DNA from: Candidatus Woesebacteria bacterium GW2011_GWA1_38_8
GTDB taxonomy: Bacteria; Patescibacteriota; Microgenomatia; UBA8517
Length of the DNA stretch: 41,549 nt
Direction: 5' to 3'
Assembly (NCBI GenBank): GCA_000993025.1
Contig: LBVJ01000011.1
Coordinates: forward strand, 26,039 to 67,587
A program made the position numbers and the translations under genes. The notes under the pieces were generated by a model. The model was not told the DNA's origin. It was given only the letters and a program-made list of their open reading frames with translations, and did no database searches. Positions 8,087-17,154 of this stretch are shown here, one piece after another (the first letter of the stretch is position 1; each line of letters opens with the position of its first letter).

Positions 8087-8720
8087 TTGTATTTTCTATA
8101 ACCTCAACTATATCGTTAAATATCTCCTGAATCGGTCTACTGCCGTCTATACGGATCAGAAAATTTCTATTTTCCAAATACTTGATTAATTCCTTTGTAT
8201 TATTTTCATAATATCTTAATCGCACTTCAATAGATTCCGGATTATCATCTTCCCTTTGAATAAGCCTGCCGCCACACCTACACAATCCCTCCTTATCGGG
8301 AGGATCAGTAATCAGGTTATAAACCTCAGTACATTTGATACAGATCCTTCTTGCTGAAATTCTTTTTATTGTTTCCTCTCTACTTATATCTATCGAGATC
8401 GCCAAATTAATCGTAGCGCTTTTCGTCTTTAGAAAATTTTCAAGAGCCTCATATTGAGAAACAAACCTCGGAAATCCTTCAAAAAGGATGTTATTAAGGT
8501 CAATATTCTCATCCTTCAAATGATCTAAAACATATAGTGTCATCTCCTCTTGAGGAATTAACTTACCGGAATTAACAATTTCTTTTATCCGTTCGTTCTT
8601 CTCTGCCAGCTTTCTTGACAGGTCTCCCGTCTGCAAATAATACAAACCGTACTTCCCTGAAATAAGTTCTGATTGTGTCCCCTTTCCCGATCCTGGAGGA
8701 CCTAATATTACAATATTCAT
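8061..8720 (-). CDS. adk: Adenylate kinase (Cys-containing LID)
   Basis: GPPGSGKGTQ, EGFPR, CIKC...CRC, QREDD. Confidence 0.96.
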   Translation of the reverse strand: MNIVILGPPGSGKGTQSELISGKYGLYYLQTGDLSRKLAEKNERIKEIVNSGKLIPQEEMTLYVLDHLKDENIDLNNILFEGFPRFVSQYEALENFLKTKSATINLAISIDISREETIKRISARRICIKCTEVYNLITDPPDKEGLCRCGGRLIQREDDNPESIEVRLRYYENNTKELIKYLENRNFLIRIDGSRPIQEIFNDIVEVIENTNAKNTGKN

Positions 8721-10000
8721 TTTCTCAAAAAGGAATCGTATCTCTTCATAACCAATTGGGATTGCAAATCACGCGTAAGTTCCAAAACAACCGATACGAC
8801 GATGAGAATGCCGGTTCCACCAACTGCCAAATTGGAAATACCAATAAAACTTTGAAAAAATGACGGAAGGACTGCGATCAATCCCAAAAACATAGCTCCG
8901 GCAAAAGTGATCCTTGTCAAAACATGATTCAAATATTCAATCGTGTGTTTTCCGGGCCTTATTCCCGGTATAAAACCGCCATTTTTCTGTAAATTCTCGG
9001 CAATCTTTTCCGGATTGAAAACGACCGATGTGTAAAAATATGTAAAACCAAATACCAGCAAAAAATAGGTTGCGTTATAAGTAAAAGACTGGGGATCAAA
9101 AAGCCTTGCCAGACTTGAAGCAAAGGAAGCAATGTTTTGGTTGCCGATACCTGAAAGGAACTGACCCAAAAGTGATGGCAGTAAAACTAATGATACTGCG
9201 AAGATTATCGGAATTACCCCTGCCTGATTCAATCTAAGCGGCAAATAGGAAGACCCAACATTAATCCTTGAACCGCGTCTCGCATAGTTAATCGGAATTT
9301 GCCTTGTCGCCTCATTCATAAAGACGATCACACCCACAATGAAAATTGCCAATACAATAAAAATACCCAATTTAAGAACATCTTCACCTTGGACAATACT
9401 TATCGATTGGCCGATCGTTACCGGAAGTCTGGCAACGATTCCTGCAAAGATAAGAAAAGAGATCCCGTTCCCGATACCATATTCATTAATAAGTTCACCA
9501 AACCAAACAGATATCAATCCTCCAACGGTCATTGTCAACACCAATGCGACAAGAGACAAAATTCCAAGATCAGGTATTACGTTTTGACTTTTAAGAAGAG
9601 CGTACATTCCAAAAGACTGAAAAAGTGAAAGTGGAACTGTTAAAAATCTAGTGTATTGGTTGACCCTTTCTTGCCCGTACTCACCCTCTTTTGACAACTC
9701 TTCAAGTCTTGGAACTACATAGGTCAAAAGTTGCATTATGATTGAGGCGTTAATATAAGGACCCAGTCCAAGTGCAAGAATAGAAAAATTAGCAAGGGTG
9801 CCTCCTGAAAAGACGTCTAAAAGTGATAAAAGAGGACTACCGGAAAATAACATTTTTAGAGATCCTCTATCAATACCTGCGGCTGGTATATGAGCAAGAA
9901 ATCTGAAAAACACCAAAACCAGAAGCGTTACCAACACCTTTTTTCTGATATCTTTCGATCTAAATAAATTTGTAAAAAAACTTAATATTTCGGAGAACAT
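8717..10000 (-). CDS. secY: Preprotein translocase SecY
   Basis: FSILALGLGPYINASII, GIGNGIS, AGVIPIIFA, GGFIPGIRPG, GGTGILIVVSV. Confidence 0.98.
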   Translation of the reverse strand: MFSEILSFFTNLFRSKDIRKKVLVTLLVLVFFRFLAHIPAAGIDRGSLKMLFSGSPLLSLLDVFSGGTLANFSILALGLGPYINASIIMQLLTYVVPRLEELSKEGEYGQERVNQYTRFLTVPLSLFQSFGMYALLKSQNVIPDLGILSLVALVLTMTVGGLISVWFGELINEYGIGNGISFLIFAGIVARLPVTIGQSISIVQGEDVLKLGIFIVLAIFIVGVIVFMNEATRQIPINYARRGSRINVGSSYLPLRLNQAGVIPIIFAVSLVLLPSLLGQFLSGIGNQNIASFASSLARLFDPQSFTYNATYFLLVFGFTYFYTSVVFNPEKIAENLQKNGGFIPGIRPGKHTIEYLNHVLTRITFAGAMFLGLIAVLPSFFQSFIGISNLAVGGTGILIVVSVVLELTRDLQSQLVMKRYDSFLRK

Positions 10001-10069
10001 ATCGCATCAGGGTTCGTTTGCGTCTTTGTTGTAAACAATTTCACACCTATAACGAAAGAAATGAAATGC

Positions 10070-10338
10070 TCAAACATTCTTTACAGATCCGCCTGTAACA
10101 TTTCCACCTGCCTCAATGATCTTTTCGCGTGCTTTTTTGGAAACCGGCAGATCCACGGTTAATTTTTTCGTCAAATTATAATTGCCCAAGACCTTAACTC
10201 CCTTTTTTGATATATCACTCTTTTTGACAAAACCCTCTTTAATTAAATATTCTTCATTCAAAATGGTGCCGGACGGCAATTCCTGCAATGCTTCGAGATG
10301 TATAGGAAACGGCTTGATCTGGTTGTGAGTTTTTTCAT
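10070..10338 (-). pseudogene. rplO: 50S ribosomal protein L15 with N-terminal half deleted and frameshifted (true lesion or misassembly)
   Basis: C-terminal motifs VKVLG, LTV...SKKAREKIIEAGG present; ATG 10338 (overlapping the rpsE stop) is out of frame and the GRG.GSG / FEGGQ region is absent. Confidence 0.8.
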
Positions 10339-10811
10339 AAATTAATATCTTCCTTCATTTTCCTGACCCGATCAAAATAAGCAAGTTTTTTAAGTGCATT
10401 TAAGGTTGCGTACACATTTGATGCTTTATTTTTAGTACCCAATATCTTACCGACCGCATCTCTTACACCAACTGCCTCCAAAATAACTCTAATGGCACCT
10501 CCGGCAATAATACCAGACCCCCTAGGTGCAGGTTTAATCAATACTCTCGCAGCAGAAAACTTTTCCTCAACGGAGTAGGGGATAGTTGTCCCCTTAAGGG
10601 GTGCTAAAAACATCTTTCTCTTAGCAGCAGCCAAAGATTTCTGAATTGCTCCTGATACATCTCCCGCCTTTGCCAGACCCAACCCAACCTTGCCTTTTCT
10701 ATCACCAACGACAACAAGCGCCGAAAAACGGATAGTGTTGCCACCTTTGGTTTTTTTGGATATTCTTTTTATTTCAATAACTGTTTCAGAGTACTCTTTA
10801 TTATTATCCAT
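10335..10811 (-). CDS. rpsE: 30S ribosomal protein S5
   Basis: RISKKTKGG..RFSALVVVGD, PAPRGSGIIAGG; ATG 10811. Confidence 0.97.
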   Translation of the reverse strand: MDNNKEYSETVIEIKRISKKTKGGNTIRFSALVVVGDRKGKVGLGLAKAGDVSGAIQKSLAAAKRKMFLAPLKGTTIPYSVEEKFSAARVLIKPAPRGSGIIAGGAIRVILEAVGVRDAVGKILGTKNKASNVYATLNALKKLAYFDRVRKMKEDINL

Positions 10812-10812
10812 A

Positions 10813-11169
10813 TTAAAATTTAAGTCCTCCCTTCCTCGCACCATCAGCGAGAGATCTTACTCTCCCGTGATATTTATATTCCCCTCTATCGAAAACAACT
10901 TGGGCGATTCCTTTTTTTAACGCCCTTTTTCCAATTTCCTCTCCTACTTTTTCCGCCATCTGAACCCCCGTCAACGATTTATCTTTAGTACCCAATTTCA
11001 TACCGACATCATTAAAGGAAATGATGGTAATTCCTTTATTATCGTCAATTATTTGGGCATAAATATGAGTATTCGATCTGAAAACGGTCAACCGTCGTCT
11101 CTTACCTACCCTTTTGATCGAACTGCGTACCCTTTTTTTTCTTTTTTCTTCCTGTTTTCTATTTCTCAT
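10813..11169 (-). CDS. rplR: 50S ribosomal protein L18
   Basis: RLTVFRSNTHIYAQIIDD, VFDRG..KYHGRV, ARKGGLKF; ATG 11169. Confidence 0.97.
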   Translation of the reverse strand: MRNRKQEEKRKKRVRSSIKRVGKRRRLTVFRSNTHIYAQIIDDNKGITIISFNDVGMKLGTKDKSLTGVQMAEKVGEEIGKRALKKGIAQVVFDRGEYKYHGRVRSLADGARKGGLKF

Positions 11170-11173
11170 TTTT

Positions 11174-11722
11174 TTAAGCTCCTTGCGTTTTTGCTGCTTT
11201 ACCTGCTTTTCTCCTGACGATTTCGTCAACATATTTTATACCCTTACCTTTATAGGGCTCCGGAGGCCTTACGGACCTGATTTTATCTGCGACCTGACCC
11301 ACAATTTCTTTGTCAATACCCTCAACCGAAACAATAGATTTCTCGACCTTAAAAGAAATTCCCTCAGGGCAAGAGATCTTTACAGGATGAGAAAAACCAA
11401 CCGTCAATATTAAATCTTTTCCCGAGACTTCAGCCCTATAACCTACACCCACCAATTCCAGCGATTTCTTCCATCCATCAGTTACTCCCACGACCATATT
11501 TGCAAGGTGCGACCTTGTTGTTCCCCAAACCACCAAAGCTTTTTCTGACTTGGATATTGGTTTAACAGACGCCATCCCATCCTGAACGGTTATTGATAAA
11601 AGCCGTACAGGAAATTTTCTTTCAATTTCCCCTCTCGGACCTTTGACCGATAGCACATCTGCCTTAGTCTCAACTTGAACTCCTTCCGGAATTAATATTA
11701 GTTTCTTCCCAACTTTACTCAT
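11174..11722 (-). CDS. rplF: 50S ribosomal protein L6
   Basis: MSKVGKK, GVGYRA, PEPYKGKGI. Confidence 0.98.
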   Translation of the reverse strand: MSKVGKKLILIPEGVQVETKADVLSVKGPRGEIERKFPVRLLSITVQDGMASVKPISKSEKALVVWGTTRSHLANMVVGVTDGWKKSLELVGVGYRAEVSGKDLILTVGFSHPVKISCPEGISFKVEKSIVSVEGIDKEIVGQVADKIRSVRPPEPYKGKGIKYVDEIVRRKAGKAAKTQGA

Positions 11723-11726
11723 ATTA

Positions 11727-12104
11727 TTAATGTATTTCTGAGATCACTTCTCCGCCAAGATTTTTTTTAATAGCTTCTTTCGATGTCATAACGCCTTCGG
11801 GTGTTGAAATAATATAAAACGATAATCCTTTAAGCTTTTTTAGCTGGTCAACTTTTTTATATACTCTTCTTCCCGGCTTTGAGACAAGTTTCATCTCCAC
11901 CAACACGGGTTGTTTTTTCATATAGGCTAGATCAACAACCAAATCCCCACCACTTTTCTTGATATCACGTAAATATTTCTCTTTCTTCAAAAGTTCTGCT
12001 ACTTTAAAGACAAGCTTGGAATAAGGCATTACAACCTCGCTTCGCCCAGCTAAGGCTGCATTCTTAAGCTTGATCAAAAAATCACCTATAGGATAATTTA
12101 CCAT
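11727..12104 (-). CDS. rpsH: 30S ribosomal protein S8
   Basis: SKPGRRVY, ISTPEGVMT, GGEVI. Confidence 0.97.
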   Translation of the reverse strand: MVNYPIGDFLIKLKNAALAGRSEVVMPYSKLVFKVAELLKKEKYLRDIKKSGGDLVVDLAYMKKQPVLVEMKLVSKPGRRVYKKVDQLKKLKGLSFYIISTPEGVMTSKEAIKKNLGGEVISEIH

Positions 12105-12110
12105 ATACTT

Positions 12111-12296
12111 TTACCAACTTGCTTTCCGAATACCGGGTATCTCTCCCCTGTGAGCATGTTCTCTAAAGCATAAACGGCACAACCCGAACTTACGCATATA
12201 TGCCCTCCCCCTTCCACAAAGACTGCATCTATTAGTGTACCTCGTTTTGTATCTTAATTTTTTAGTTTCACGAACCTCTTTAGTTTTTGTTGCCAT
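12111..12296 (-). CDS. rpsN: 30S ribosomal protein S14 (Zn-binding type Z)
   Basis: RCSLCGR...[10 protein letters not shown]...IPGIRKASW. Confidence 0.97.
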   Translation of the reverse strand: MATKTKEVRETKKLRYKTRYTNRCSLCGRGRAYMRKFGLCRLCFREHAHRGEIPGIRKASW

Positions 12297-12298
12297 AG

Positions 12299-12838
12299 TT
12301 ATTTCTTTTCAAACGGTAAACCCAAAAGCTCTAAAAGACGAAAAGAGCGTTCGGGAGTACCAGATTTTATCACAATTGTGATCTCCAATCCTCTGGACGC
12401 TGACTTCGAAATGTCTATCTCGGGAAATACACTATGCTCTGAAATACCCAATGTATAGTTCCCATATTTATCAAAACTGCCAACCTTTACCCCCCTAAAG
12501 TCTCTTATACGGGGAAGAACTATAGAAAATAGACGGTCTAAAAAGTCATACATTTTTTTACCTCTCAAAGTTACCTTTAAACCGACAGGTGAACCTTTTC
12601 TTAAACTAAAACTTGCGACCGATACTTTTGCTTTCCTAATACTCGGATACTGTCCGGAAATCGCTGCAAAATCCTGTTTAGCCCGTTCAAATACTTCTTT
12701 ATTTTTTTGCGCGTCACCTATACCTGTATTTAATACCACCTTTTCGATCCTTGGAGCTTGCAAAGTATTTTTGATAGCAAACTCTTTAACAAGTATCGGC
12801 AATGTCTCATTTGTATATTTTTCTTGTAGTCTTTGCAT
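12299..12838 (-). CDS. rplE: 50S ribosomal protein L5
   Basis: [28 protein letters not shown]. Confidence 0.98.
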   Translation of the reverse strand: MQRLQEKYTNETLPILVKEFAIKNTLQAPRIEKVVLNTGIGDAQKNKEVFERAKQDFAAISGQYPSIRKAKVSVASFSLRKGSPVGLKVTLRGKKMYDFLDRLFSIVLPRIRDFRGVKVGSFDKYGNYTLGISEHSVFPEIDISKSASRGLEITIVIKSGTPERSFRLLELLGLPFEKK

Positions 12839-12843
12839 AATAA

Positions 12844-13161
12844 TTATTTCTTATGTGTAATCTCTTTCCCGCATTTTTTACAAAAACGCATTTTTACGTC
12901 ACCGGCTATTCGAAAACCAACTTTTGTTTCTTTTGAACAACTTGGACAGATCAGTTTCAATTTTGACAGTACTATCGGCCTTGGAATCGTAAAAATACCC
13001 CCCTTTTTACCTGAAGATGGTTTGATGTGTTTTTTATACTCATTCAAACCCGGCAATACAGCCTTCCCGGCAACGGAAAATACTTTTTCTATTGTCCCTT
13101 CACGACCCTTATCTTTTCCCGATGTAATTTTTACTTTATCTCCGACTTTAAATTTCAACAT
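12844..13161 (-). CDS. rplX: 50S ribosomal protein L24
   Basis: KOW motif GDKVKITSGKDKG; ATG 13161. Confidence 0.96.
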   Translation of the reverse strand: MLKFKVGDKVKITSGKDKGREGTIEKVFSVAGKAVLPGLNEYKKHIKPSSGKKGGIFTIPRPIVLSKLKLICPSCSKETKVGFRIAGDVKMRFCKKCGKEITHKK

Positions 13162-13167
13162 ATACAC

Positions 13168-13262
13168 AATTTCAAATAAGCAAAGCTTAAGACTTCGTCA
13201 AAAATACCAAATTCAAATAATCCATTTCCGAATTTGGCATTGGTATTTATTGGTATTTATTC
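13168..13262. repeat. Imperfect inverted short-unit array between rplN and rplX
   Basis: AAATACCAA/CAAAT units on the left; TTGGTATTT twice (13240-13258) on the right. Confidence 0.55.
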
Positions 13263-13628
13263 CTAAACCACCTCTCTTGCAAGTGATGCTATCTTTGTAT
13301 ATCCAACATCCTTTACTTCTTTTGCGACAGGACCAAGTACACGCGTTCCCCTGGGAAATCCCTGTTTATCAATAACAACTCCCGCATTATCGTCAAAACG
13401 TACATATGTTCCGTCTTTTCTTCTAATCTCCTTTTTTGTTCTCACTACCAGAACTTTAACCTTCTCATGATCCGTCACAATACCCGTGGAGTCCGCACCT
13501 CTGACTACACAATTCACCACATCGCCAACTGTAGCGTACTTTCCAACTTTATGAGAAATTCCAAAAACCATTAATTTTTTTGCTCCTGAATTGTCGGCGG
13601 GAATCAACATGCTCCTCAGTTGTATCAT
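13263..13628 (-). CDS. rplN: 50S ribosomal protein L14
   Basis: [21 protein letters not shown]. Confidence 0.98.
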   Translation of the reverse strand: MIQLRSMLIPADNSGAKKLMVFGISHKVGKYATVGDVVNCVVRGADSTGIVTDHEKVKVLVVRTKKEIRRKDGTYVRFDDNAGVVIDKQGFPRGTRVLGPVAKEVKDVGYTKIASLAREVV

Positions 13629-13930
13629 ATTTTTTTACCTTTCCTTATAGTTTTTAATTTAACTCCGCCTGATTTTTCAGGTGATTTCAGGACACTTTTA
13701 TTTTTATCTTCAATTTCAACTATCTTCCATTTTTTTAGTTTACTGAAAGGCTTACATGCTACAAATTTCACTATATCCCCAACCTTGGCACCTAAGTCAT
13801 CTTGAACATGGTATTTTTTCGATCTGATAAATCTCTTATCGTATAGCCTGTGCATCTTTATCACATCATTGCGTACGGTTGCCGTGTTCATCATCTTTGT
13901 CGATATTACTGTTCCTGTAAAAATTTTCAT
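13625..13930 (-). CDS. rpsQ: 30S ribosomal protein S17
   Basis: [28 protein letters not shown]. Confidence 0.95.
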   Translation of the reverse strand: MKIFTGTVISTKMMNTATVRNDVIKMHRLYDKRFIRSKKYHVQDDLGAKVGDIVKFVACKPFSKLKKWKIVEIEDKNKSVLKSPEKSGGVKLKTIRKGKKI

Positions 13931-14157
13931 ATTTCTTTATTATTGACTATTAACAATTCCTTCTTCTCTTTAATTTTAAGTATAGTGCTTATTTGAGATA
14001 TCTTTTTACCGATATTTTTTGCCTTCTTTAAATTTTTTTCCCTGCCAACACCGATATCCAAAATTACCTTTCTCTTTTCTGATTTAAGTTGGGAGATCTC
14101 CTTTTTTAAATCAGACAGCTTTTTATTATAAAAACTATTAAAATCTTTTTTCTTCAT
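13927..14157 (-). CDS. rpmC: 50S ribosomal protein L29
   Basis: Helical basic protein between rplP and rpsQ; KKISQISTIL. Confidence 0.88.
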   Translation of the reverse strand: MKKKDFNSFYNKKLSDLKKEISQLKSEKRKVILDIGVGREKNLKKAKNIGKKISQISTILKIKEKKELLIVNNKEI

Positions 14158-14158
14158 A

Positions 14159-14566
14159 CTATTCCTTGCTAATAATCTTAGTTTTTATGGGCATTTTGTC
14201 AGATGCCATTTCTAACGCATTTATTACTACGCTTACCGAAGGACCGGTAACCTCGTATATTACCCTTCCAGGTTTGACAACGCAAACATATCTATCAATG
14301 TCACCCTTTCCGCTTCCCATCCTCTGCCCTGCAGGTCTTGATGTAACCGGTTTGTCAGGAAATATCCTTATCCAAACCCTGCCCCCTCTTTTTAGTGTGT
14401 GCGTAATTGCCCGTCTTCCTGCTTCTATTTGCCTGCTTGTCACCCAACCAACTTCAAGCGCTTTCAATCCATGCTCACCGAACGAAAGACTTGAACCCCT
14501 CATGGCCATACCCCGTCTTCTACCTCTAAATTCTTTTCTGTATGTTCTTCTTTTTGGTTCCAACAT
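14159..14566 (-). CDS. rplP: 50S ribosomal protein L16
   Basis: MLEPKR, QIEAGR, WIRIFPDKP, RMGSGKG. Confidence 0.98.
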   Translation of the reverse strand: MLEPKRRTYRKEFRGRRRGMAMRGSSLSFGEHGLKALEVGWVTSRQIEAGRRAITHTLKRGGRVWIRIFPDKPVTSRPAGQRMGSGKGDIDRYVCVVKPGRVIYEVTGPSVSVVINALEMASDKMPIKTKIISKE

Positions 14567-14575
14567 AGGTCGTCG

Positions 14576-15226
14576 TTACTCTCCCTTTTTATGTATATAT
14601 ACTTTCACCCCAACGTAACCTCTTTTTGTCATTGCAGGTACTTGTGCATAATCGATATTCTCTCTCAAAGTTTGTGATGGTACAGACCCTTTATGAAATT
14701 TTTCAGTTCTTGAAATCTCCGCTCCCTGAATTCTTCCGGAAAGTACAATCTTAATTCCCAAAGCTCCCGACTGCATTGTTCTTTCTAAAGTCTTTGCAAC
14801 CACCCGCCTGTATGGCATTCTTCTTTCAAGGTCAGACGCTATTCTGGATGCTACAAGATATGGCGAAAGTTCCGGATTTTTTACTTCGTTAACCTTCAGT
14901 TCAACCTTAATATCTTTAACAGATTTTTTTCTGATGTCTTCGAGTATTGAGACAACATATTTTTTGAGCTCTTCGATCCCCGTACCACCGCGGCCGATCA
15001 CAACTCCCGGTCTTGATACCGTCATTATAATGACCATGCTTTTTGGCAACCTCTCTATTTCTACAACATCAACCCCTGCCGTTTTAAGCTTTTGCATCAG
15101 AGCCTTTCTTAATGTGATATCCTCAAGTAATTGCCGTTTATAACTTCCATCGTCCTGAAACCAACGCGATTTCCAAGGATAAAATGTCCCTACTCGAAAA
15201 CCTATTGGATTAACTTTTTGTCCCAT
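14576..15226 (-). CDS. rpsC: 30S ribosomal protein S3
   Basis: MGQKVNPIGFR, RPGVVIGRGG, SGRIQGAEISR. Confidence 0.98.
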   Translation of the reverse strand: MGQKVNPIGFRVGTFYPWKSRWFQDDGSYKRQLLEDITLRKALMQKLKTAGVDVVEIERLPKSMVIIMTVSRPGVVIGRGGTGIEELKKYVVSILEDIRKKSVKDIKVELKVNEVKNPELSPYLVASRIASDLERRMPYRRVVAKTLERTMQSGALGIKIVLSGRIQGAEISRTEKFHKGSVPSQTLRENIDYAQVPAMTKRGYVGVKVYIHKKGE

Positions 15227-15231
15227 ATCTT

Positions 15232-15470
15232 CTCAAATCCTAAATCCTAAATACGAAACTCTAAACTCAAATGGATTTATTTTTTGCTCCTTTCTTTGAA
15301 ATTACGGACTGTAATTTACTTTTTAAATTCTTGGTTGTTTTCTTAACAGTGCCCATATCTTCTTTTTTATCAACCATTTTTTCTTTATTTTCTTTTTCAT
15401 CGGTTTTAATTATTTCCATTCCTTTTACTTTTTCCGTTTCGGATTTAGGGTTTCGGATTTCGGATTTACG
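15232..15470. repeat. Inverted pair of heptamer arrays (CCTAAAT/CCGAAAC family) bracketing the L22 C-terminal extension
   Basis: Plus strand 15232-15266 CTCAAAT CCTAAAT CCTAAAT ACGAAAC TCTAAAC; minus strand 15470-15436 CGTAAAT CCGAAAT CCGAAAC CCTAAAT CCGAAAC. Confidence 0.8.
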
Positions 15471-15794
15471 TGTTGTTAACACAACGCGTATGTGGCTCAT
15501 TCTTTTTTTGTAAGGATGCCAACGTCCCCGAGAGGCAGCCCTTCCTCTTTTTAGCCTTGGCCCTTCACCAATTTGAACTTCTTTAAAAATCAATTCCGTA
15601 TCGCTTAAACCTTTCTGTCTTGCACTGGACAATGAATTTTTTATTACTTTAACAAAAGTTTCAGATCCGTTCTTTCTAAGAAAGGGCAGTTTTTCCAAAG
15701 CATCAACAGGGGTTAACTTTCTCACAACATCCGCAACAATCCGAAGTTTTTTCGGTGAAAGTCTAACATATTTTTGTGTTGTAATGACATCCAT
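15267..15794 (-). CDS. rplV: 50S ribosomal protein L22 with ~65-aa C-terminal extension
   Basis: RLSPKKLR, EGPRLKR, SHIRVVL. Confidence 0.97.
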   Translation of the reverse strand: MDVITTQKYVRLSPKKLRIVADVVRKLTPVDALEKLPFLRKNGSETFVKVIKNSLSSARQKGLSDTELIFKEVQIGEGPRLKRGRAASRGRWHPYKKRMSHIRVVLTTRKSEIRNPKSETEKVKGMEIIKTDEKENKEKMVDKKEDMGTVKKTTKNLKSKLQSVISKKGAKNKSI

Positions 15795-15815
15795 ATTAAG
15801 TTGTTTAAAAAAAAA

Positions 15816-16097
15816 TTATGTTTTTTCAAGCGTTCTCTTAACTATCTGTCCATGACCTCTAAAGGTTCTCGTTGGCGAAAACTCTCCAAGCCTCTGCCCA
15901 ACCATATCTTCGGTTACAAAAACATTAATGAACACTCTTCCGTTGTGAACCATAAAATATTTTCCGACAAATTCAGGTGATATCATACTTGCCCTTGCCC
16001 ATGTCTTAACAGGACTCTCTTTTACACCCAATCCTTTGCCAATTTTTTCTAATATATTGGCATCTATGTAAGGACCTTTTTTAGAACTACGACTCAT
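15816..16097 (-). CDS. rpsS: 30S ribosomal protein S19
   Basis: MSRSSKKGPY, TWARASMI, VHNG, LGEFSPTR. Confidence 0.98.
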   Translation of the reverse strand: MSRSSKKGPYIDANILEKIGKGLGVKESPVKTWARASMISPEFVGKYFMVHNGRVFINVFVTEDMVGQRLGEFSPTRTFRGHGQIVKRTLEKT

Positions 16098-16099
16098 AA

Positions 16100-16873
16100 T
16101 TAATTTCTAATTTTAGACGGATTACTATGTTTACCCGCTTTTCTTCCTTGAACTATCATATGATTGGAATATTTTCTCTTCTTTCTGGTTTTTCCTACAG
16201 CTTTTTTGCCCCAAGGGGTTTTTGGATACTTCAAACCTATACCACTTCTTCCCTCACCCCCACCGTGCGGGTGAGCATTCGGATGCATTGCAACCCCCCT
16301 GACGGTAGGTCTTATACCTAAATGTCTTTTTGTGCCGGCTTTACCAATTCTCACATTCCTGAATTCAGGATTTCCGACCTGTCCGACCATAGCCCAACAA
16401 TCTTTTCTAAATCTCTTTATTTCTCCTGACGGCAACTTCACTAAAATATTTTTTATCTCTTTTCCGTGCAATACGGCAAAAGAACCAGCCCCCTTGACCA
16501 TTTGCGCCCCTTTTCCGGGAACAATTTCAATGCAGCTTATTTGTGTCCCGACGGGAATCTTTTCAAGAGGAAGGTTATTACCTTTCTCGATCGGTGCGGA
16601 TATAGATGATATAATACGATCCCCAACCTTCAGCCCCGCGGGGGAGATTATATATCTTTTATCGCCGTCTTCATAGGTAAGAAGTGCAAGGGGTGCGTTA
16701 CGATTTGGATCATATTCAATTTTCCCGACAAACCCCCAAACATCCTTCTTTTCTCTTTTAAAATCAATGTCGCGATAGAACCTTTTCTCTCTGCCTCCCT
16801 GATGTCTAACACTTATCCGTCCCTTGGAACCTCTTCCCGATTTCTTTTTTAATATGTATTTAAGACTTTTCAT
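16100..16873 (-). CDS. rplB: 50S ribosomal protein L2 (short N-terminus)
   Basis: RHQGG, EYDPNR, RPTVRGVAM, HPHGGGEG, TPWG. Confidence 0.98.
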   Translation of the reverse strand: MKSLKYILKKKSGRGSKGRISVRHQGGREKRFYRDIDFKREKKDVWGFVGKIEYDPNRNAPLALLTYEDGDKRYIISPAGLKVGDRIISSISAPIEKGNNLPLEKIPVGTQISCIEIVPGKGAQMVKGAGSFAVLHGKEIKNILVKLPSGEIKRFRKDCWAMVGQVGNPEFRNVRIGKAGTKRHLGIRPTVRGVAMHPNAHPHGGGEGRSGIGLKYPKTPWGKKAVGKTRKKRKYSNHMIVQGRKAGKHSNPSKIRN

Positions 16874-16879
16874 AAATGT

Positions 16880-17152
16880 CTATTTTTTTACATCAAAAAG
16901 ATCTATTTTTTCTTTACCTTTTAAAGAAACTACCGCTTTCTTTTTGGCGGCGATCTTTTTGATTTTTCCCCTATAATCCTTTTTTATGAGACTTTTAAAA
17001 TTAATTGTTTTTACACTTGCAACATGGACCCCAAAAAGCTCATTTATCCTCTCTTTTATCTGATATTTATTTAAACCGCGGTCTACATAAAAGGTATATT
17101 TTCCTTTTTTTGCCTCGTTCAATCCTTTTTCTGTCAGTATCGGTTTTATCAT
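16880..17152 (-). CDS. rplW: 50S ribosomal protein L23
   Basis: PILTEK, YTF.V, NK.QIK, KKAVVSL. Confidence 0.96.
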   Translation of the reverse strand: MIKPILTEKGLNEAKKGKYTFYVDRGLNKYQIKERINELFGVHVASVKTINFKSLIKKDYRGKIKKIAAKKKAVVSLKGKEKIDLFDVKK

Positions 17153-17154
17153 AT

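Noticed and set aside
10289-10340. Absence of rpmD (L30) between rpsE and rplO
   Set aside because: Established general feature of CPR; the rplO ATG overlaps the rpsE stop, so nothing was lost at this spot.
12833-13375. Long plus-strand ORFs opposite ribosomal, rpo and fus genes (also 14166-14618, 23512-24075, 36681-37256)
   Set aside because: Antisense shadows of well-supported minus-strand genes.
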